A stretch of 64,000 nucleotides of DNA from Rhizophagus irregularis (Eukaryota). Of this stretch, positions 26,607 through 39,321 are shown one piece after another. The position numbers and the translations under genes are program-made. Where the stretch lies: the NCBI RefSeq assembly GCF_026210795.1, contig NC_089432.1:186001-250000 (forward strand). The letters run 5' to 3'. Position 1 is the stretch's first letter. The number at the start of each line of letters is the position of its first letter. The notes under the pieces were generated by a model. It did not search any database and had not been told where the DNA came from. It saw only the letters and a program-made list of their open reading frames with translations.

Positions 26607-28968
26607 ATGTCTGTAATTCGAAAAGAACTTGCTCATGCAGCAATGTCTAGGTCACATGCATTAATAGATTATAATATCCATAATGACATACATAAACGAC
26701 ATGAATTTAAAAAACAAACACTTCTTGCTGATAATTCTCTTACAAAAGATGAAAAAAATTATGCAATAAATTGGATAACTAAAGGCTATGATCGAAATAA
26801 AATTATTGAAAATTCAGGAACAAGAAGAATTTGTGAAAATTGTAATCAAAAATGTTTAGCTACATTATATTGTGAATTTTGTGTTCGAAATTATTTAAAA
26901 GCAATTGGACATCTGGAAATGTTAATATTGATAATTTAATCCAGAAATGTCAATCGGAAACACTCTTGCCAAATAGAATAGTTGAATGGATTCCATATAA
27001 TAATTTACAGAATATCAGGTATTTAACAAAAGGTGGTTTTTCTGAAATTTATGAAGCAGTTTGGGTTGATGGAAAATATGAAGAATGGGATTCTAAAAAA
27101 CAGCAATTAAAAAGATTTGGAAGTCAAAAGGTAATACTTAAAAAATTAGAAAATGTTGAAAGTGCAAATCAAAGTTGGTTTGAAGAGGTTAGTAATTAAT
27201 ATGTGCTTAAAAAAAGTTAATAATTACTAGGTTTTGTAATAATATTTGATTTTTTTATAGGCTAAATCACATCTAACTATAAGTAATAAAATTTCAGACA
27301 TTGTTCAATGTTATGGTTTAACACAAAACATATCAAATGGAAGTTATATGCTTGTAATGGATATAATGGACGTAAATTTAAGAGAATTTTTACAACAGAA
27401 TCACAATAAACTTACATGGAAACAAAAAATCAATATAACTTTTGAAATAGTTAGGGCACTTTATTTTATTCATTTTGGGAATTCAATTCATAGAGATTTG
27501 CATTCTGGAAATATATTGTATTCACAACTCAATATTAAGTGGTATATAAGTGATCTTGGCTTTTGTGGACCTGCTGATAAATCATCAAAAAGCGTATATG
27601 GAAACCTTCCTTACATAGCACCAGAAGTTATTAATGGAAGAGAATATACTTTTAAATCTGATATCTATAGTATTGCAATGCTTATGTGGGAAATTTCATC
27701 TGGACAACCACCATTTATTAATCATGAACACGATTATAATCTTGTAATGAATATTACTAATGGTATTAGACCAAAAATTGTGTTAGGAACTCCTACAGAA
27801 TATAAAAATTTAATGGAACAATGTTGGGATGCTGATCCATCAAAAAGACCAGATACTGATACACTTATGAAAAAAATAAGAGAAATGAATTTATATTATC
27901 AAAGTATGACGGATCAAACATTTCAATCAGAAATATATAGTAATTTAGAACTAGATAAAACAAATAGTAGTACAAATAACAAATCATTCACAAGTAAAAT
28001 TCATCAATTCGAAAATCTACCTGAACCAAGGAATGCAACAGAAGGTATTATATTTGAAATATATTGCTTTTATTATTTAAATACATAAATAATAATAAAA
28101 AATTCTCATTTGTTTATATTAAAAATAAATAGAGGAGCTAGAAGGTAATGTAAATTTATCAATCTAATATTTAAATTTTTTAATTTTTCAGATTATTTAT
28201 AATCTCATTCATTTTGACTTTTTTTAACTAAATATTTCATTTTAAATAGTATTCCATAGTAAACCATATGATTTTAGTATTCCTACTAATAGTAAGTATT
28301 TTTTTCAAATTGTAAATTTGTTATATATAGTATATATTCAATTATTAATTTTACCTTTTCTTCAGTTGATGATTTTAATAACTCAAGCAATCAGAATAAT
28401 AGTAGAACGTCGAAAATAAATAGCTTTTTTAAAGGTTGGTGAATTTATCCATATACAGTATTTAATTGATTTTATCTTTTTTTTTTTATAAAAAAGAATA
28501 ATTGGATAAATAAATAATGAATCATATTTTAAATTTTAGCCAATAGTAAAAAATTATCCAAAATGTTTAAAAAGTTACAAGTAAAAGATGGTAAGTAAAT
28601 AAGCTAATATTATTTATTAATGCAAATATTCATTAAATATAATTTACAGTATTTCAATTTAATATAAACAAGAAACAGTGCAACAAACAAAAGGATCAAA
28701 TGTTAATTTTGATGGTAAGACCGATAAATATACACAATTTAATTACCATTTTTGTATTTTTTTTTTTTTTTTTAATTATTCTTCTTTTATTACTAAAGAT
28801 GATGAAGATGAAGTATACAATAACCCAAATTTTCATTCTGAAGAACAAGATGAATTTGAAATTCCTAAAGGTAAGAAATCATTATTTTAAAATGTAAAAA
28901 TTATTTACTTTAATGTACTAATTTTTATTATTATAAATATTTATTATTTTTTTTTTTTAGATATTTAG
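26607..28968 (+). pseudogene. TKL protein kinase gene with a frameshift (probable pseudogene)
   Basis: N-terminal CxxC/CxxC region and WTSGN motif, with a frameshift at ~26900-26905. Kinase motifs KGGFSEIY, HRDLHSGN, DLG, PYIAPE. Intron 27188-27260, then small 3' exons 28133-28144, 28250-28291, 28366-28434, 28540-28590, ~28650-28714, 28799-28870, 28961-28968 (TAG). A second frame inconsistency lies in the 28650 exon. Confidence 0.75.
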
Positions 28969-30019
28969 ATACAAATGATTTTATACTGTAGATTTGCTAC
29001 CATCTCTCATTACAACTATTTTTTGTCAATCGTTATAAAATATTTTATATTTATTTATATTTTATTAAATTATTTAAACACTAAGACTAGAGTAGTAAGA
29101 TTTCTTACAAATTTCTTAGTTTGTAATTTAAATAATTCATATATGTAAAATTATTAACCCTCCATTTTAAATAAAATTTATAAATTTATATTTATATTCA
29201 TTATTTTTAAAAAAATGAGTTTCTTGATAATTTTAAATGAAGTCTATTAATTATTTCAAAAATTAAAAATGTGTTAAAGAGGTATATGTATGTACTTAAA
29301 GAATTTATAAAATTGAAGTTACGTTTTAATGTGGTCAATCCATCATTTAGATTTATTGATACATATCTTGGTTCGCTAGATTAGGACAACAATAAAATAA
29401 TTCATATTAAACTATTGAAGGGATAATACTATAAGAATACGCAAAACGAAAAAATAATTACGACTTTACCTATTAAATGTTTATTACAAATAAAAAACCA
29501 TTTTTCAGGAGGGAGTAAATTAAGTTCGAGAAAAATTTCATTAAGCGGCGCAGTAAACAGATCATGAATACTTCATGGATGATGTATTTAAATTTATATT
29601 AATTAGTGTTTAAAATACTTTATACTTCATTATTTTCTCTTCATCCATTCACTTTAAAATGAGATATTTATTGACTCGAGGAATAAACACTCAAAGACTT
29701 GTTCACCAAAACCTGAAAAAGCATAGTGCAGGCAAGAATTACAATTAGTGTCAGCTGACACTATTAATCACGCGCTCTCATGCAGTTAAACACATGATAT
29801 GAAAGCATCATGTGTCATTTATCCAATTAATAGCGTAGTTGAACATATCGAATAGGGAATATTATTTAATTAAATAAAATTAAAATATCGATAACAAATA
29901 ATTATTGAAGTAGACAGGCACCTTTCATTTAAACAAAGTACCGATATATCGAAAATCATAATGCAAAATAAAAAATTGCAAGTTGCAAAATCGTTAAAAA
30001 GAAAGATCAATTATAACGT

Positions 30020-30100
30020 CAAACTGCGGTAACACAAAATTAATCTGCGACAATTAACTCCGGTTACACTGCAGTAATACTCCAAATAAATATGCAGGTG
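30020..30100 (+). promoter_or_regulatory. Conserved upstream module of the Sel1 gene family
   Basis: ACTGCGGT (30023-30030) ... ACTGCAGT (30068-30075) ... CAAATAAATATGCAG (30083-30097); near-identical modules precede several paralogues. Confidence 0.6.
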
Positions 30101-30235
30101 TAAAACTTATTTTAAATTTTTAACTTAAATTTCTTTCACCGTGTGATATAATACTGAAACGAAAGCTGAATACGAAAATTATCAAACAGTTAATACTTAT
30201 CCTAAATTATCAATAAACAGCAACTAATTCTAAAT

Positions 30236-31117
30236 ATGAGTGATATTAATACACTGATTAATTCTAATTCATTACATGCAGCATTATCTCAAAATTTTTA
30301 TAAAGTAAATGCTTTGGAAATGGAACCTACAACTCAAAATATTGAAGATAATATTTTTGATGAAGACTTAATTATGGTAATTGATAATTTGGTTAATCTT
30401 TATCTTCAGGAAATAAATAAAGGAAAAGAAGAAAATGTAAGAAAGAAATTTGTTCTTGATTATTTTAATTATTATAAGATTAATTTGCAAAAAATGTATC
30501 ATTGGCTTGTAAATAACCAAACTTGCTCAAATTCTATTTATTTACTTGGATATTTTAATTATTATGGTATTGAAACTGACATTAATAAATACAATGCATT
30601 TAATATATATCAAAAAGCAGCAGAGTTAGGAAATATTGTAGTTCAATACGATCTTGCTAATATGTATATAGATGGGGAAGGTTCTGATAAAGATTATGAA
30701 AAAGCTTTTGAATTATCCAAAAAATTAACGGAAGGAAATAATACATGTGGGATAAATTTGTTAGGATATTGTTATGAATGTAATATCGGAACTGATGTTA
30801 ATGAACAAAAAGCATTCGAATTTTATCAAAATGCAGCAGATTTAGGAAATATATTTGGAATGTATAATTTAGGACGTTGTTATAAGAATGGATTTGGAAC
30901 CAGTATTAATAATGAAAAAGCATTTGAATTATTTCAAAGAGCGGCAAATTTTGAATACAATTCAGCTCAACAAAGTCTTGCCTGGATGTACGAAAAAGGA
31001 CGTGGAACTGAAAAAAATATAGAACTAGCAATTTATTGGTATAAAAAATCTGCTAAACAAGGAAGCATATATTCTAAAAATAAACTAAAGCACCTTTTAG
31101 AAGAATGTACCATGTGA
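30236..31117 (+). CDS. Kinase-free Sel1-like repeat protein (5 repeats), N-terminally shortened
   Basis: 293-aa ORF; decayed ancestral N-terminal coding sequence at ~30150-30235. Confidence 0.85.
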   Translation: MSDINTLINSNSLHAALSQNFYKVNALEMEPTTQNIEDNIFDEDLIMVIDNLVNLYLQEINKGKEENVRKKFVLDYFNYYKINLQKMYHWLVNNQTCSNSIYLLGYFNYYGIETDINKYNAFNIYQKAAELGNIVVQYDLANMYIDGEGSDKDYEKAFELSKKLTEGNNTCGINLLGYCYECNIGTDVNEQKAFEFYQNAADLGNIFGMYNLGRCYKNGFGTSINNEKAFELFQRAANFEYNSAQQSLAWMYEKGRGTEKNIELAIYWYKKSAKQGSIYSKNKLKHLLEECTM

Positions 31118-31656
31118 TAATTTATTAAAGAAACCGGGTTAAAATATATATACGTATTTTTTCAGGTAACTTATTAACAGACTTTGTTTTCGATTAATTA
31201 TGCTTATAGAGTTATAGTTAATTGTTATTGCAATTATAATAATTATAATACTATTTTGATTTCAAAAACCAGGTATATATATCTCTCTGTCTTTTATTTC
31301 GCGATGTTTAACGTTAACTTCGACTTTTATCCAGCCAACAACTTATTAAAAAATATGAGAATTTTTTTTATTTAATTTTTGTGATATTTACTTGGAAATT
31401 CTATGAAAACTTCGTGTATTTCGGTTTGTAAATTTAATTCTAAAGGTTTATTGTATCAGTTTTCATTTATATATCTGAGTATTTAAATATTTGAAATTTA
31501 CTGATTTATGTTTATATGAGATTACATTATGTCTTCAATCTAACATTAAATAAAGTTGATTTTTATTATATTGAATATGTTGCTTTTCTATATAGTAACA
31601 ATACAAATTACGCATTAGTATGTTATGAAAATTACTTTCATTTTACACTTAATATA

Positions 31657-32026
31657 CAGTCAGACCTCCATATAGTCACTCTCTACTATATAGTCACAAC
31701 TTTTTATAAGAACTCATTTTTTCAACCGGATTTTTGTTATATAAAATTACCTTCTCACAATCACAAATCAATTATAATCACTAACACATCATTGATCTAA
31801 ATGTACATATTATTGATATTCCTCTCACAATCACCTATAAATTATAATTCTGGCCGTATATCATAATTTTTAGCCAAAATCACATGATTTCGGATTAATG
31901 TAATTCCGACTAGCACTATATTCAGAAATTAATTTTAGTTAAATTTAAAAATCTTTAGTATATAATTACTCCTCTATGCAAAACCAATTTGGCGGAACCG
32001 ATTAGGTGATTATGGAGGTCTGACCG
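31657..32026. mobile_element. Tc1/mariner (pogo/Tigger-like) MITE
   Basis: TA|CAGTCAGACCTCCATA (31657-31672) ... TATGGAGGTCTGACCG|CA (32011-32026): 15/16 inverted match. Left TA target site is intact, right one is mutated. Confidence 0.7.
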
Positions 32027-32054
32027 CACCCTTTTATATAACTAAGAGTACGCC

Positions 32055-32140
32055 AAAACTGCAGCAACACAAAATTAATCTGCGACAATTAGATCTGGTT
32101 ACACTGCAGTAATACATCCAAATAAATATGCAGTGCAAAA
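32055..32140 (+). promoter_or_regulatory. Conserved upstream module of the Sel1 gene family
   Basis: ACTGCAGC (32058-32065) ... ACTGCAGT (32103-32110) ... CAAATAAATATGCAGT (32119-32134). Confidence 0.6.
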
Positions 32141-32291
32141 AATTAATATTATTTCAGAACTTAAATTTCTTTCACCCGTATGATTATTGTTCATAATATC
32201 AGATAATACTTAAATACAAGCTGAATACGAAAATTATCAAACAGTTAATATTTATCCTAAATTATCAAATAAACAGCAACTAATTCTAAAT

Positions 32292-33176
32292 ATGGATAAT
32301 ATTAATACACCGAATATTAATAATAATTCATCACATACAGAATTATCTCAAATTAATCAAAAATTTTTTAAAGCAAATGTATTAGAAATCGAACCTTCAA
32401 CTCGTAGTATTGAAGAAAATATTTTTGAAGAAGATTTAATTATTATAATTGATAAATTTGTTGATCTACATTTTCAGGAAACAAATAAAGGCATGGAAGA
32501 AAAAGTAAGAAAGAAATTTGTTCTTGATTATTTTAGTAATTATAGTATTAATTTACAAGAAATCTATTATTGGCTTATAAATAACCAAACTGGTTCAAAT
32601 TCTATTTATTTACTTGGATATTTTAATTATTATGGGATTGGAATGGACATTAATGAACAAAATGCATTTAAATTATATCAAAAAGCAGCAGAGTTGGAAA
32701 ACATATTAGCTCAATTTGAACTTGCTGGTATGTATTTATTGGGGAAAGGTGTTGGTAAAAATTATAGTAAAGCTTTTGAATTATCTGAAAATTTATCAGA
32801 AAGAAAATATCCATATGGAATAAATAGGTTAGGATATTGTTATGAATTTGGATTTGGAACGTATATTGATGAAAATAAAGCATTCGAATTATATCAAAAG
32901 GCAGCAGATTTAGGAAATATATTTGGAATGTATAATCTAGGACGTTGTTATAAGAATGGATTTGGAACCAGTATTAATAATAAAAAGGCATTTGAATTAT
33001 TTCAAAGAGCGGCAAATTTTGAATGCAGTAAAGCTCAACAAAGTCTTGCCTGGATGTATGAAAAAGGATATGGTACTGAAAAAAGTGCGGATCTAGCAAT
33101 TTATTGGTATAAAAAATCTGCTGAACAAGGAAGCATATATTCTAAAAGTAAATTAAAGCAACTTTTTAAAGAATGA
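32292..33176 (+). CDS. Kinase-free Sel1-like repeat protein (5 repeats), N-terminally shortened
   Basis: 294-aa ORF. The ancestral start reads ATA (32196-32198) and an in-frame TAA lies at 32211-32213. Confidence 0.85.
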   Translation: MDNINTPNINNNSSHTELSQINQKFFKANVLEIEPSTRSIEENIFEEDLIIIIDKFVDLHFQETNKGMEEKVRKKFVLDYFSNYSINLQEIYYWLINNQTGSNSIYLLGYFNYYGIGMDINEQNAFKLYQKAAELENILAQFELAGMYLLGKGVGKNYSKAFELSENLSERKYPYGINRLGYCYEFGFGTYIDENKAFELYQKAADLGNIFGMYNLGRCYKNGFGTSINNKKAFELFQRAANFECSKAQQSLAWMYEKGYGTEKSADLAIYWYKKSAEQGSIYSKSKLKQLFKE

Positions 33177-34041
33177 GCTATGTAATGATTTTTAAAGATA
33201 TTAGGCAAAATATAGTATACCGTATATGTATGTATTTTTTCAGGTGACTCATTATCATGCTGTTTTTGATTAATTATTCTTATGTATAATTGTTATTGCA
33301 ATTAATAATTTCAAAGACTGGTATATACAACTCTCCCTTCTAATTAGCCTTTTTCGTCTCACGACTGTTTAGCTTCAACTTCAACAACTTATTAATATAT
33401 ATAAGAATTTTTTTTATATAATTTCCGTGAAAAATTCGAGGATTTCGATTTATAATTTAATCGAAAGGAAAATCGTAGATTTATTGCATACTTATTTTAT
33501 TTATCTGTGAATTTTGGTATTAGAAATTTATATTTAACTATATTATAAAGTGCTTTCATTAGATCTCTATTCCGTCATCTATTTTACCATTATATGAGAT
33601 TACGCAATCTACTTTAAATAAAATTTATTTTTATTATATTGAAATATGATGTATTTCTTTAACGTTAATAATACAATTGTAAAAATATATATATATAATT
33701 TTTACGCATTGGAATGATAACAATAATTAGCGTTACAAGCATTTTTTGTATATATTCAGGAAATGAAATTCATATTTTCATCAAAAAATTTGATAATAGC
33801 ACATTATCAGTAATGTTTAAATGTACATTGGAGGATCACTTTAGCGCGGTTGACAAAGAGTTGGTAAGGACGGGAAGAATCTTTAGATTTTCGTGACATG
33901 ATATCTTAAAGTGATTTATTTATTTTTGTTTTTTAACCGAAAAATTTTATTGAACCTTTTGGCAGTCTCCTGGAAAACCAGTAGAGCTTCCGATATATTA
34001 AAAGTAATGCAACGGAATTTAATTTATTTATAGGATCTTAA

Positions 34042-35399
34042 CCCTATGAAAAAAGTCTGTGTGATTTTTGTTGAAAAATCATTCAATTAAATTCACTATG
34101 ATTTCTGTATATTTGACCATACAATAATTGTGCTAAAAATTGCAATAAATCACACAATTATTGCATGGTAATTCATTCAATAATTATCCTATTTTTGACC
34201 TGAATTTATACAATTATTGTGTGATTTTTGAGCCAAATTTAGGCCATATTTTAGGAATTATAGGTTAAATTTTACAGTAATAACAGGCAATTTATAAAGT
34301 GAAATTATGAATTTTTATTGACTTAAAATATAAAAAATATACACAATATTTCATAAATAAAATACTAAATTTGATATAATCATAAATATAAAAATTTGTA
34401 AGAAAATAAAATAAAATAAAGTATGTTAGTCACATGAAAGTAAATTAGTAGTATCAAAGAAGAAAGTAAATTATTAGTATAAGTAAATTATTAGTATTAA
34501 ATAAAAAAGTATGAAGTTAGTGAAGAAAGCAAATTAGTAGTGTTAAAAAGTAGATTAATATTGTTAGTAATATAAAGTTTGAAGTTAGTGAAGAAAGAAA
34601 ATTAGTAGTGTTAAAAAGTAAATTATTGTAATAAAAAAAAGTATGAAGTTAGTGAAGAAAGCAAGTTAGTAACATTAAAATGTAAAAAGTTAGGAAAATA
34701 AAAAGATAAAGAACACAAGTTTTTCTTACCTGATATTTTAAAAGAAAGTTGAAGAAAAGTTAAAAGGTTAAAAAAACATAAACAAAAACATTTCGTGTCG
34801 TCATATTTATTTTGACGATCAGATCACGTGATCAACATATATAATTTTAAGAGTTGATTTTTACCGCATAATTCTGGCCGAATTATAATTCCAGTCAGAA
34901 CTAATTGTATAACCTAATAAAAAGTTTTTGACTTTTTTTTAGTTACAAGATGATACAAAAATTTCACCAATAAGTTCGGAAGATGCCCATTTATAAGCAA
35001 ATATGCAGTTGAATTTTGTGTAACCTTACTGCATAAATCACTTTACTTAGGAAAATCTATTTGTAATGGTTAATAAAAGTGGTCCATTTGACCCTAAAAG
35101 TGGTTAAATGTAACCATACAGGTAAGATGGAAAGTAGTAATAGTAGGATTACCCAAAAATTGCTTTCCGTATCCTAAATTTAAGTCTATTATCAAGTTGT
35201 ACAATAATCACAATTTTTATTGTACAAAAATTGATTGTTTTCTGTATCCTAAATTTAAGTTGTACAAAAATTGCATACTTTTAATATGCTTTGAAAAACT
35301 TCATAGCTATTTTTATCCAAAAATCTGCAATAATTGTACAATTTCCACACGGACTTGAACAAATATTGTACAAAAATTGGATGATTTTTTTTCATAGGG
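34042..35399. mobile_element. Non-autonomous DNA transposon, CMC/EnSpm-like (CCC termini, 3-bp TSD)
   Basis: TIR CCCTATGAAAAAA (34042-34054) / TTTTTTCATAGGG (35387-35399), flanked by TAA on both sides. Subterminal CACAATT/TGTACAA motifs and an internal imperfect tandem repeat (GAAGTTAGTGAAGAAAG x3, ~34510-34680). Confidence 0.75.
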
Positions 35400-35687
35400 T
35401 AATAATATTTACCTAGTAATATCAATTGTTTAATATAATAATAAATAATTTCTCTTCTACTTCCATGTTCAAATATACAATATATACATGTTTTTTAATT
35501 AATAAATAAATAATTAGGTATAATTTTCGGACATCCAATATACTGTAAAGTAATTTTCATAAATAATAAACACATTTTTCGTATTGCATAAAGAATTCAT
35601 AACGTAATTTTAGTACTTTGGTCATATTAAACAAGTAAAAATTGCTTATGTAAGTTATTTGTAAGGTGTGAGAATATTTGTATATAA

Positions 35688-35840
35688 TCCCATCGGTATT
35701 GTGTATACACCGATGGATTTTTTTGTAAATTACTCCACCAGTATAAAAAAAGTATAAAAAAGTATGATAAGCTTCAGTTGTTATTCCATGGATATCTAAT
35801 AAATACTCATGTCCGATGCTCCCTTCCTTCGGGGGCCATG
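35688..35840 (+). repeat. Partial copy of a hairpin-rich dispersed repeat (second copy inverted at 44588-44770)
   Basis: CATCGGTATTGTGTATACACCGATGGATTT...TGTTATTCCATGG...CCGATGCTCCCTTCCTTCGGGGGCC aligns to the reverse complement of 44640-44770. Confidence 0.7.
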
Positions 35841-36415
35841 ATGAAATAATTAATTATCGTGGGTCTACCTTGAATTGAAATAAAGTCATTTTAGTTTTGT
35901 AATTTGAACAATTTGGCCATAGGAAGTAAACAAAAAGTAAGTTGTTCAGCAGATATGAAAATGATTGTACATTAGTCTTTGTGGTTTAGCTTGAATGATT
36001 ATAGATATTGAGAGGTTGAGTCACAATTTTTTTAGTGTAAAAATTGTAAAAATTTCAGTGCTAACATAATAACATTTAGCATATAATAATCATTAGTAAT
36101 TATGGCATGGATTTTAAATAAACTTAAATAATTAAAATATAATAACTTATATTTAATAAAATTACTTATTCAAAATACTTTAATAAAATATTATTATTTA
36201 TTAATAATCTAAAAAACACAGAGATGTAGAATATCTTCAAATATGAAAATTTTTTCATATGTTACACAAAAATGGTGTGGCTGATGAAGGCGCTATATTA
36301 TTATCGCAATCACGTGAAAATAGATTAGTAATCACTGCATGCAGTACTACAATGTAGTACATTAAAATGAAAAAAAAATAGTCTAATTAAATTTTTCTTT
36401 TTTTTTGTATTCACG

Positions 36416-37438
36416 ATGTCCGATACTACTGAAATACAAGCTGCTTATAAACGTTGTCAGGAAGATAATCATCATCCTGAGTTATCAGATAAACGGAAAT
36501 TGACTCTAAATTTAGATAATGCAGAAACTCAAAATTTTTTTTGGGTAGATATAAATGAAATGAAGCCTACAACTCAAGACATTAAAGAAAATATTTTTGA
36601 AGAAGATTTATGTATTGTAGTTGATGAATTGGTTAATCTTTATTTTGAAGAAACGAATAAAGGAAAAGAAGCAAGAGTAAGAAAACAATTTGTTCTTGAT
36701 TATTTTAATGATTGCAAAATTAACTTACAAGAAATCTATCATTGGCTTCTGAATAATCAAACTTGTTCAAATTCTATTTATTTACTTGGATATTTTAATT
36801 ATCATGGAATTAATGTTGAAGTTAACCAGAAAAATGCACTTATATTATATCAAAAAGCAGCAGAATTGGAAAATATTGTAGCACAATTTGATCTTTCTTA
36901 TATGTATATTTGTATCGAAAAAGATTATAATAAAGCTTTTAATTTATCTAAAAAATTATCTGAAAAAAAATATCCATGTGGAATAAATAGATTGGGTTAT
37001 TGTTATGAAAAAGGAATTGGAACCGAAATCAATAACCAAAAGACGTTTGAATTATATAAAATGGCAGCCGACTTAGGAAATGCAAATGGAATAAATAACT
37101 TAGGATATTGCTATGAAAAAGGAATTGGGACTGAAATTAATGAACAAAAGGCGTTTGAATTATATTACAAAGTAGCAGATTTAGGGGAATCGTTTGGAAT
37201 AAATCACTTGGGTAATTGTTATTTTAGTGGGATTGGAACGTTAGTTAATTTTCAAAAAGCATTCGAATCATACCAAAAAGCAGCAAATTTGAATTATGAT
37301 GTAGCACAATATAATCTTGCTTTGATGTATGAAAATGGGTATGGAACTAAGAAAAGTATAGATTATGCAATTTATTGGTACAAAAAATCTGCCAAACAAG
37401 GATATGAAAATGCACAGAATAGATTAAATAATCTTTAA
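36416..37438 (+). CDS. Kinase-free Sel1-like repeat protein (6 repeats)
   Basis: 340-aa intact ORF with Sel1 repeats. Confidence 0.9.
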   Translation: MSDTTEIQAAYKRCQEDNHHPELSDKRKLTLNLDNAETQNFFWVDINEMKPTTQDIKENIFEEDLCIVVDELVNLYFEETNKGKEARVRKQFVLDYFNDCKINLQEIYHWLLNNQTCSNSIYLLGYFNYHGINVEVNQKNALILYQKAAELENIVAQFDLSYMYICIEKDYNKAFNLSKKLSEKKYPCGINRLGYCYEKGIGTEINNQKTFELYKMAADLGNANGINNLGYCYEKGIGTEINEQKAFELYYKVADLGESFGINHLGNCYFSGIGTLVNFQKAFESYQKAANLNYDVAQYNLALMYENGYGTKKSIDYAIYWYKKSAKQGYENAQNRLNNL

Positions 37439-37839
37439 AAATTAATTAGAATTTTATGTTATATTATATATTTATTGTATAAATCTGTATTTTTATTATA
37501 AAAAAGCTATCATGGAAAAAATCCTGGGCGGCTGATTAAGTGGTGTATTATTTTGAGATGCATGTGACAATTTGAATTTATATAATTATTACTTTTATTA
37601 ATAAATCATGACAGAATTTATAAAAATAATTTGATGTATCTACTGTATATTCCATGTTCTTCTCATATCCGTGAAATAAATAATCTATTAGTAATGATAT
37701 TTTATATATTGCAAGTTTAGATCCTGTAAAAATGGGGAAGGCAGTTTTTTGGGAGTATTTTTGGACTTATATTATTTACATTTTCTCATAAACAATGAAT
37801 GATTCACTTTATTTTTTGGGGATATGATCACGCTCTTTG

Positions 37840-38715
37840 TCGGATCATTTTCTGAATGACCATTTTCTGAATATACATTTTCCCGAAGTATGCCAACTAC
37901 CGAATAGGATCTTTTCCTGAAATATACAATTTCTCCAATCCGTATTTCCTAAATCCTAATTTCCTGAGATATAATAATATACTACAATCTCTTTCATAAT
38001 TCATAACTTCAAAGTTTTGTCATTAAAATATATTTATTCAAGCAGGTTAGATGACAATAATTATTAAAAACTTTATAAAGCAAGTACTAACCATGAAATC
38101 AAATTTACTGGGAATAGAAAAAAACTAAGTTTATATTTATTAATATAATGCTTCATTCAGGCCAGAAAATAGTAACTATTACTAATTTCACGTTATACGT
38201 ATAAAAAAAAATATTTTCATAATTAATTTATACTTTAGAGAAAAAGTTTCGTTACAGATACAACTTTCATGATGATCACGAGAATTTTAATCGAATAATA
38301 AAATCAGTTCATTTTTGTATTTATATTGAGCATGTATTTTAATATAGGTCTATTATTGCATATTACGTTATATACACGTATAAAAAAAAGTAATAGTATA
38401 TTAAAGAAAATGCATGCAAATATTGTTATTTAGCACGAAAGTGATTATTTAGAAAAAGTTGTTACATTATTAAATTGCCCATTTGGGATAACAGGATTCA
38501 TGATCGGGATATTGGAATTCATGATAAAATAATTCGGGATAAAAGAACTTAGGATTTGGGATTTTCATGTGATTCCCATAAATTAGGAATCGAAAATTGA
38601 ATTTCGAGTTCCAGCAAATGATACAGTTCGAGAAGTGGACATTCGGAAAATTAACTTTAGGAAAAGGTATATTCAAGAAAAAAGCATTCGGGAGATAGTT
38701 AATTATTTATGGGAA
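37840..38715. mobile_element. Foldback-type non-autonomous element with inverted arrays of short subterminal repeats
   Basis: Left arm repeats TTT(C/T)C(C/T)GAA-like units (37845-37970); right arm repeats the complement TTCGGGA/TTAGGA (38478-38712). Exact ends and TSD not resolved. Confidence 0.5.
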
Positions 38716-39321
38716 TTGTCTAGTAATTAGAACATATGCGTCATTTCTTTAATAAATATATGATTTTTAAAAGTTTGTCATCTTTGCTGCAATCATAATC
38801 TAAACAATATTCTATTTAAAATAAAATTAATACGTTATACAAATCAATTTTTACCCTTTTTTAATCACTGATTCTTCACATTACATATTAAAACTATTTG
38901 TCATATATCGTTTGATATTTCAACAATTCAATTCAGCAACTAAATATACTTGTGAAACGTCAAATTTTTTAATTTTTTTTTCGAAAATTTACGTAATGTT
39001 GTGATATCCATCAATATGTGCAGTAGATATTATACATTTGAGTGAAAAATTTCGTCCTCATGATAAACGCTCCAAGGGAAAGTCATTAGGTCTGAAGAAA
39101 CTTACGCAAAACATTAGACTTGTAGAAGTTTTGATCGACCTGGAATTTTTGTCAACCTAAATTTAATATATGGTCGAATGTCAAAGATTTAGCGGAAATT
39201 ATTGCAGTTTTGACCGAATTTCCGAAGTCTCCTAGAAGTTGCTGCAGATCTGGCGCAATTTATCTGATATGATTTTTTTGTTAATATTAAAAATAATGTT
39301 TACTAATAAATAATGAGTCGT

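Noticed and set aside
34038..34054. piggyBac assignment for the element starting TTAA|CCCT
   Set aside because: The right flank is TAAT, not TTAA; only a 3-bp TAA duplication is supported.
38470..38676. 68-aa ORF with periodic Pro/Phe residues
   Set aside because: Translation of the subterminal repeat array of a foldback element.
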